Positions 58,707 to 64,000 of a DNA stretch of 64,000 nt are shown here, piece after piece. The stretch comes from an uncultured Gammaproteobacteria bacterium (GTDB taxonomy: Bacteria; Patescibacteriota; Patescibacteriia; UBA9934). The stretch's first letter is position 1. Every line of letters starts with the position of its first letter. The stretch covers positions 579,053-643,052 of the forward strand of contig CAYVLY010000001.1 in the NCBI GenBank assembly GCA_964452565.1, read 5' to 3'. Made by a program: the position numbers and the translations under genes. The notes under the pieces are model-generated. The model did not search any database. It saw only the letters and a list, made by a program, of their open reading frames with translations, and had not been told where the DNA came from.

Positions 58707-59876
58707 TCAACGTACATGCCGCAAGCCTGGGAGGAAAATCACCAAGCATGCAATCAATATTACCACTGACAAAACCCCAAGAGCAGCAAATAATGGCAGC
58801 ACACCGACCAAAACGCCCACAAACAACATACCTAGGGACTTAACAAGCCCAACTGTAAAAGAAGTGAATGAAAGAAGTGTCGCACGGGCATCAGTATCAA
58901 CCCTTTGGTTGATATGGTTATCGACTATTACCTCAAGGGCTATAGAAACAAATGTCATGATCAATATTCCAATGATGATGACCTCGAATGACCCTGCAAA
59001 GCTTGACATGACAAAAAATATCGCAACCAGCAAAACTCCCAACTTGATTGCGCGCCGATCGCTTGCAAACCTTTCTATCTTATCGAGTGTTAATGGAGCA
59101 ACTGCACCAATGATACGTTTTCCTGCATAGACAAAACCAACACCCGATGCCAGAAGTCCAAGCTCCTCCATTCGGATTTGATCATATTCATAAAATACAT
59201 ATGTGGAGGCCAGAACAGACGCGAATGAAATCACAATCCAAAAGATATCTTTATTCTTCTTCATCAATTCAATCGCTTCTTTGATGTGGTCGCCTACCAT
59301 TGCAATTTCAAATTTTCCTACTCTTCCCTTGCGGGTCTTTCCAAACATCGAAATAATAACCGCGGCCAATCCAAACTGTACGACCCCCGCAATGAATGGA
59401 ATTGAGTAATGAACCATGTACAATACCCCTGCTACTGCCATGAAAACAATACCAACACCGTGTGCAACAGATCGTGAGCGCCCTAAGAGTTTTTTATACT
59501 CTCGCACACGTCCCAGTACTTGTAGACGTTCATAAAATATGGCGTGATTTGTTCCGGTTAAGAGTGTGCCCGAACCCCAATACAATAAACTACCTGCCAA
59601 TATCCAGTAAAAATCGCCGCCAAGGTAGAGCGCCATGGACGCGCCCTGCCCTATCATTGAAATGATAAGTGCACGTTTGTGACCCATTGTATCTGCTACT
59701 GCACCGCTTGGAATTTCCATGATCAACCCCAAAATTGAGGTCGCTATTACAATAAAAGCAATCTCTTGCAACGTTACTCCAGAATCTATCATGTAAAGCG
59801 CTATAACCGGCAATGCTAGACGCTTCGTTAGCGCTGAAAAAACATAAAACTTTTTTACATCATCAAACCATTTCAT
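58707..59876 (-). CDS. MFS transporter
   Basis: About 12 TM helices, EIPSGAVADTMGHKR motif A, RATLLS. Confidence 0.9.
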   Translation of the reverse strand: MKWFDDVKKFYVFSALTKRLALPVIALYMIDSGVTLQEIAFIVIATSILGLIMEIPSGAVADTMGHKRALIISMIGQGASMALYLGGDFYWILAGSLLYWGSGTLLTGTNHAIFYERLQVLGRVREYKKLLGRSRSVAHGVGIVFMAVAGVLYMVHYSIPFIAGVVQFGLAAVIISMFGKTRKGRVGKFEIAMVGDHIKEAIELMKKNKDIFWIVISFASVLASTYVFYEYDQIRMEELGLLASGVGFVYAGKRIIGAVAPLTLDKIERFASDRRAIKLGVLLVAIFFVMSSFAGSFEVIIIGILIMTFVSIALEVIVDNHINQRVDTDARATLLSFTSFTVGLVKSLGMLFVGVLVGVLPLFAALGVLSVVILIACLVIFLPGLRHVR

Positions 59877-59886
59877 ATACTCAATG

Positions 59887-59968
59887 TGTCATTCCCGCGA
59901 AAGCGGGAATCCATCACCTATATCGAACTCGATAATCGATGGACCCCCGATCGGGGTCGGGAGTGACA
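59887..59968. repeat. REP-like palindromic element (GTCATTCC...GGAATCCA type)
   Basis: TGTCATTCCCGCGAAAGCGGGAATCCA...TGGACCCCCGATCGGGGTCGGGAGTGACA; related copy at 62281-62363. Confidence 0.8.
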
Positions 59969-59970
59969 AG

Positions 59971-60891
59971 TTATTTCTTTGAATGATACCTCTTATGAAT
60001 CTTCTTGAGCTGTTTATCAGTCACATGTGTGTAGATCTGCGTTGTTGTAATCGACTCATGCCCGAGCATAGCCTGCACTGATCGAATATCTGCTCCGTTT
60101 CGAAGTAAATCAGTTGCGAACGTGTGTCTAAGGGTGTGTGGGGTGATCTTTTTTGTGATTCCTGCTGCAGTTGCATAACGCTCAACTGCCCTTTGAATCG
60201 ATCGAGGTGATATTGGCAGTGAATCTCTTCGATGTTTAGCTCGGTCATGACTCACAAACAAGTATGGCGAAGTATCTTTGCGTGCATCAAGGTAATTCTT
60301 GATTGCATCACGCGCATCATCTGATAAAAACACAACTCGATGCTTACTGCCCTTTCCTTTTACACTAAACTCACCGCGCCGAAGGTTAACTTCTTTGATC
60401 TGGAGTTGTGATAATTCAGATACTCGCAATCCGGTCGAGAACAACATCTCGAGAATTGCTCTATCGCGCTTTCCGATTAGCCCGCCAGTGTCCTTGGTGG
60501 CGTTTAGCATTCTTCGAAGCTCGTCTTCTTCAAGAAATTCGATCTTGCGAGTGCCGGTTTTGGCAAGTTCGATTTTGTCAGGAGACAAAGTCTTCACGTC
60601 GCGTTTTGATAAGTACTTTAGAAACGCTCGCAGTGCGATCAAATGATAATTCTGCGTTGACTTCTTTAATGTCACATCGTCACGACCTTCAACAGACCGA
60701 TTCAAATACAACCGATACCTTCGAATCATCTCTTGAGTGATCTTGTTTGGGTAGGGGTACTTAGCCCAATCTGCAAATCGCTGTAGATAAAAGTCATAAT
60801 TTCGAACTGTGCGATCAGATCGCCCTCGCTCAATCTCTAAATATTCCAAAAACTGTTGGATATATTTTTGCAATGCGCTTTTCTTTGCCAT
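59971..60891 (-). CDS. Xer-family site-specific tyrosine recombinase
   Basis: RDRAILEMLFSTGLRVSEL, KGKGSK, PHTLRHTFATDLL, LGHESITTTQIYTHV. Confidence 0.95.
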   Translation of the reverse strand: MAKKSALQKYIQQFLEYLEIERGRSDRTVRNYDFYLQRFADWAKYPYPNKITQEMIRRYRLYLNRSVEGRDDVTLKKSTQNYHLIALRAFLKYLSKRDVKTLSPDKIELAKTGTRKIEFLEEDELRRMLNATKDTGGLIGKRDRAILEMLFSTGLRVSELSQLQIKEVNLRRGEFSVKGKGSKHRVVFLSDDARDAIKNYLDARKDTSPYLFVSHDRAKHRRDSLPISPRSIQRAVERYATAAGITKKITPHTLRHTFATDLLRNGADIRSVQAMLGHESITTTQIYTHVTDKQLKKIHKRYHSKK

Positions 60892-60896
60892 ATGCC

Positions 60897-61056
60897 AGGG
60901 AGCTCTGTAAAAACAGGCTCTATAATAAAGTTAAGTATTTTCTTCTCAATTCCTTGAAGGGCGAGGAGGTGATGCGGCTGCATCATTGACGAGCTCTGAA
61001 TGGATTTGAGGGGAAAATAATCACTTTAGTGTGGGTGTGTTTTTGCAGAGCTCCCT
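60897..61056 (+). repeat. ~160-bp long hairpin element abutting the recombinase start codon
   Basis: AGGGAGCTCTGTAAAAACA...TGTTTTTGCAGAGCTCCCT with continuous inner stems; wobbles are G-T on the plus strand. Confidence 0.75.
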
Positions 61057-61110
61057 AGTATTATACGACACAAAATATATTTAGGCACTTTTCTATGGTA
61101 ATATAAATAT

Positions 61111-61264
61111 GAGGTGGGAGGTTCCTAACCGTTTTACCACCATGATGGCCCGACTCTTTGGACCGGGACCTACATCTACATCGCCGACAGTTGGGTCCCC
61201 ACAGGGAAACCAACTACCCCGTGCCGGGGCTGGAGCTCATACTCTAGCCCCGGCCACTGCTTTC
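61111..61264 (+). ncRNA. Candidate ~150-nt small RNA or decayed cassette
   Basis: Extended -10 TGgTAATAT, three short hairpins, 13-bp terminator stem. Confidence 0.35.
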
Positions 61265-61375
61265 TTGACACTTTCTGATAATCCGGCTAGTATAAGCACA
61301 TAATTCATTGCTGTTGGCCGCGGTTTGACGATTAAGCAGACGTCTTACTTCGACCTTCGGGTGTAATATAGAAAT

Positions 61376-61651
61376 ATGCTTAATAAGAAGAAAAAGCAGA
61401 GGATCATTGATAAGTTCAAAACTCACGATAAAGATACTGGCTCACCCCAGGTGCAGATCGCTATCCTTACCGAAGAGGTAAAAGAACTTACAAAGCACTT
61501 ACGAACCCACAAAAAGGACTTTAGTTCTCGACGGGGGTTGGTAAAAAAAGTTACTGAGCGACGACGCCTAATGCTATACCTCCGACGAGAGGACGAGAAG
61601 GGCTACACAGATTTGATTGCAGCGCTCAAGATCCGACCACTTAGTGAATAA
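61376..61651 (+). CDS. rpsO: 30S ribosomal protein S15
   Basis: DTGSPQVQIAILT, HKKDFSSRRGL; TTGACA-17-TAGTAT promoter from 61265. Confidence 0.97.
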   Translation: MLNKKKKQRIIDKFKTHDKDTGSPQVQIAILTEEVKELTKHLRTHKKDFSSRRGLVKKVTERRRLMLYLRREDEKGYTDLIAALKIRPLSE

Positions 61652-61719
61652 TTTAATCAAGCCCGGTTCGATTTTATCGGCCGGGCTTGAATCTTTTTTA
61701 AAAACATAATTCTTTTCAT

Positions 61720-62274
61720 ATGCTACAGACCCCAAACCGCCGCGTTGGCGTTTTCATTGACGTGCAAAACATGTACTACAGTGCACGCAATCTATTTAAT
61801 CGAAAGGTAAACTTTCCCAAGATCGTTGAAGAAACCATGGGAGATGGTCAACTAGTCAGAGCACTTGCCTATGCGGTCACAACAGAGGCGGGAGACGAGA
61901 GTCCATTTCTAGAAGCTCTAGAAAAAAATAACATCGAAGTTATTGCAAAGGATCTAATCGAATATGAATCCGGCCACAAAAAGGCAAACTGGGATGTTGG
62001 TATGGCAATTGATGTTGTTCGGATGATCGATATGCTTGATGTTGTAGTAATGGTCTCAGGTGATGGCGACTTTGCCCCGCTTGCAGACTATGTTCGCGGA
62101 AAGGGACGGCTCTTCCACGTTGCATCATTCCGAGAGTCCACATCATCTGAACTTCTCGAGGTGGTTGATATGTACACAAACCTATCAGACCAACCAGAAG
62201 TATTCCTCATGCCCGAGGTTACAAAGAGAAAGGCCCCGGCACGAAAACGAAAAGCACCGGCGAAGAAAAAGTAA
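61720..62274 (+). CDS. NYN domain protein (LabA/DUF88)
   Basis: FIDVQNMY, WDVGMAID, VSGDGDF. Confidence 0.9.
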   Translation: MLQTPNRRVGVFIDVQNMYYSARNLFNRKVNFPKIVEETMGDGQLVRALAYAVTTEAGDESPFLEALEKNNIEVIAKDLIEYESGHKKANWDVGMAIDVVRMIDMLDVVVMVSGDGDFAPLADYVRGKGRLFHVASFRESTSSELLEVVDMYTNLSDQPEVFLMPEVTKRKAPARKRKAPAKKK

Positions 62275-62280
62275 AAAAAC

Positions 62281-62363
62281 TTGTCATTCCTGCGAAGGCA
62301 GGAATCCATCGCTTATCGAGTTTCGATAGATGATGGATCCCGGCTCGTAGGCCGGGATGACAA
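62281..62363. repeat. REP-like palindromic element (GTCATTCC...GGAATCCA type)
   Basis: TTGTCATTCCTGCGAAGGCAGGAATCCA...TGGATCCCGGCTCGTAGGCCGGGATGACAA. Confidence 0.8.
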
Positions 62364-62644
62364 AACCACCCGTTCTCGAACGGGTAGAGTCGATCAAGTT
62401 GCTCGATTCTAATCGTTCGATAACTAATTTAACGCTGTCGGTTTGAGACCATAAGGTCATCAAGGATCAACCTTGAAACCTTGAGCTTCAAACCGACGCG
62501 ATAACATCGGACTTTCCCAGTCGGCGCATCGCGGTGTCAGAATCTGTGTTTTACCTTCGCCGTACGTGACCAGTACGCCTCAGGCAAAGCCTTGATTCTT
62601 CCTTGCGCTGCCTCCAACTGGAAAAGCCGATCACAACAAAGCAT

Positions 62645-64000
62645 ATGGAACAGAAAACGTTCTCCTGCGAGATTGGTGGCAAAGAGCTCACAATCAAAAC
62701 AGGAAAGTTTGCGCAGTCAGCAAATGCTAGCTGCCTTGTTCAGCTTGGTGAGACAATCGTGCTCGCTACTGCTGTTATGTCCAAGACCAAACGTGAAGGA
62801 CTCCCATTCTTCCCACTCATGGTCGACTATGAAGAAAAGCTTTACGCAGCTGGTCGGATCAAAGGATCTCGATTCATCAAGCGTGAAGGTCGTCCTACTG
62901 ATGATGCCGTACTTGTTGGTCGATTCATTGACCGAGCTATACGCCCTTTGTTTGATGACCGAATCCGAAATGACATTCAAGTTATCATTACGGCCCTCTC
63001 ATTTGATGGAGAGAATGATCCGGATATATTGGGGTTGATTGGTGCATCATGCGCTCTTCACATAAGTGACATTCCTTGGAATGGACCAATAGGCGCTCTT
63101 CGCGTATCCCAAAAAGAAGGTGAGTGGCTACTAAACCCAACCTATGCCGAACGCGAGGAAACTGACTTTGACCTAGACATTGCAGGTACTGCAGAAAAAG
63201 TCATAATGATTGAGGCTCGTGCAAATGAAACCAGCGAAGACATCATGCAAGAAGCGTTTGAGCATGCTATGGGCAATGTGCAACCAATCATCGACCTTAT
63301 TGAAAAGGTTCGATCTGAGGCTGGAAAAGAAAAGCTTACCTTCGAAGCCCTAAATACAGAAAAAGAACTTGAGGCTTTGGAAAAACGTGCACCATTGGCA
63401 CAAAAGGCAAAAGATTTCATGCGCCCAATCTTTGAAGAAAAGATCTTAAGTGCATCACTCACGAAAAAAACATTAATCAACGAAGCAAAGAGAGAGTTGG
63501 CAGAAAAGCTAGAAGAATATCTAACTTCAGAGGGGCATGAATCTGACGAAATAGCTTTTGCAAAGGACCTAATCTATAACTTCACACAAGATGAGGCATC
63601 ACGAATCATCCTAGAACAAGGTAAACGAATTGACGGACGTAAGCTTACTGAGATTCGAGACCTAACGTCAGAGGTTGCTCTGTTGCCGCGTGTTCATGGA
63701 ACAGGACACTTCATGCGTGGAACAACTCAGGCACTTTCAATTTGCACATTAGGTGCTCCTGGAGATGAGCAGACGCTCGATGGAATGGAAATCACTGGAC
63801 AAAAACGCTACATGCACCACTATAACTTCCCTCCATACTCTGTTGGAGAAGCAAAACCGTTGCGAGGAGCAAGTCGGCGAGACATTGGACATGGTGCACT
63901 TGCTGAAAAGGCACTCGACCCAATGATCCCCTCAAAGGAAGACTTCCCATACACTATTCGTGTGGTGTCGGAGACACTTGATTCAAACGGATCAAGCTCG
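62645..64000 (+). CDS. pnp: Polyribonucleotide nucleotidyltransferase; runs off the right edge
   Basis: Translated by hand: MEQKTFSCEIGGKELTIKTGKFAQSA, FFPLMVDYEEK, KREGRP, RIDGRK, HYNFPPYSVGE, GHGALAE, SNGSSS. Confidence 0.97.
   Translation, partial: MEQKTFSCEIGGKELTIKTGKFAQSANASCLVQLGETIVLATAVMSKTKREGLPFFPLMVDYEEKLYAAGRIKGSRFIKREGRPTDDAVLVGRFIDRAIRPLFDDRIRNDIQVIITALSFDGENDPDILGLIGASCALHISDIPWNGPIGALRVSQKEGEWLLNPTYAEREETDFDLDIAGTAEKVIMIEARANETSEDIMQEAFEHAMGNVQPIIDLIEKVRSEAGKEKLTFEALNTEKELEALEKRAPLAQKAKDFMRPIFEEKILSASLTKKTLINEAKRELAEKLEEYLTSEGHESDEIAFAKDLIYNFTQDEASRIILEQGKRIDGRKLTEIRDLTSEVALLPRVHGTGHFMRGTTQALSICTLGAPGDEQTLDGMEITGQKRYMHHYNFPPYSVGEAKPLRGASRRDIGHGALAEKALDPMIPSKEDFPYTIRVVSETLDSNGSSS

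Noticed and set aside
59971-61056. Integron (integrase plus attC array)
   Set aside because: The recombinase lacks the IntI-specific insertion, the hairpins lack RYYYAAC/GTTRRRY ends, and the cassettes are dispersed with their own promoters
62592-63480. ORFs 62592-63038 and 63142-63480
   Set aside because: Out-of-frame or antisense to pnp, which starts at 62645 and runs off the window
1-64000. CRISPR array, cas genes, transposases, reverse transcriptase or prophage
   Set aside because: No regularly spaced direct repeats and no recognisable ORFs of these types; the fibre protein sits in a cell-surface locus without phage genes

Overview
Chromosomal segment of a small-genome bacterium, most likely Patescibacteria/CPR (inferred from gene content, expanded TrmB-type regulators and CPR-type surface proteins). 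TGA is a normal stop. It carries core genes (rpoB, rpoC, recA, ftsK, efp, rpsF-ssb-rpsR, ychF, rpsT, holA, rnhB, polA, gpmI, murF, ddl, xth, a Xer-type recombinase, rpsO, pnp), three tRNAs, two parS sites and an ~11 kb surface-protein locus. The main unexplained signal is that two expression regimes are interleaved. Core genes are AT-rich and lack Shine-Dalgarno (SD) motifs, typically starting in a ...aatATG/catATG context. About ten orphan genes, most of them GC-rich, instead sit as self-contained cassettes with a near-consensus sigma70 promoter, an SD, one ORF and an intrinsic terminator. Several cassettes of the same design have no real ORF and appear to encode structured RNAs: a ~430-nt multi-domain RNA, a ~160-nt RNA, and an RNA with a perfect SD, a 5-codon ORF and an anti-SD loop. 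There are also three 140-165-nt G-U-rich rod hairpins, two of which look related and one of which abuts the recombinase start codon. Functions proposed for these elements are hypotheses; all folding was done by eye.
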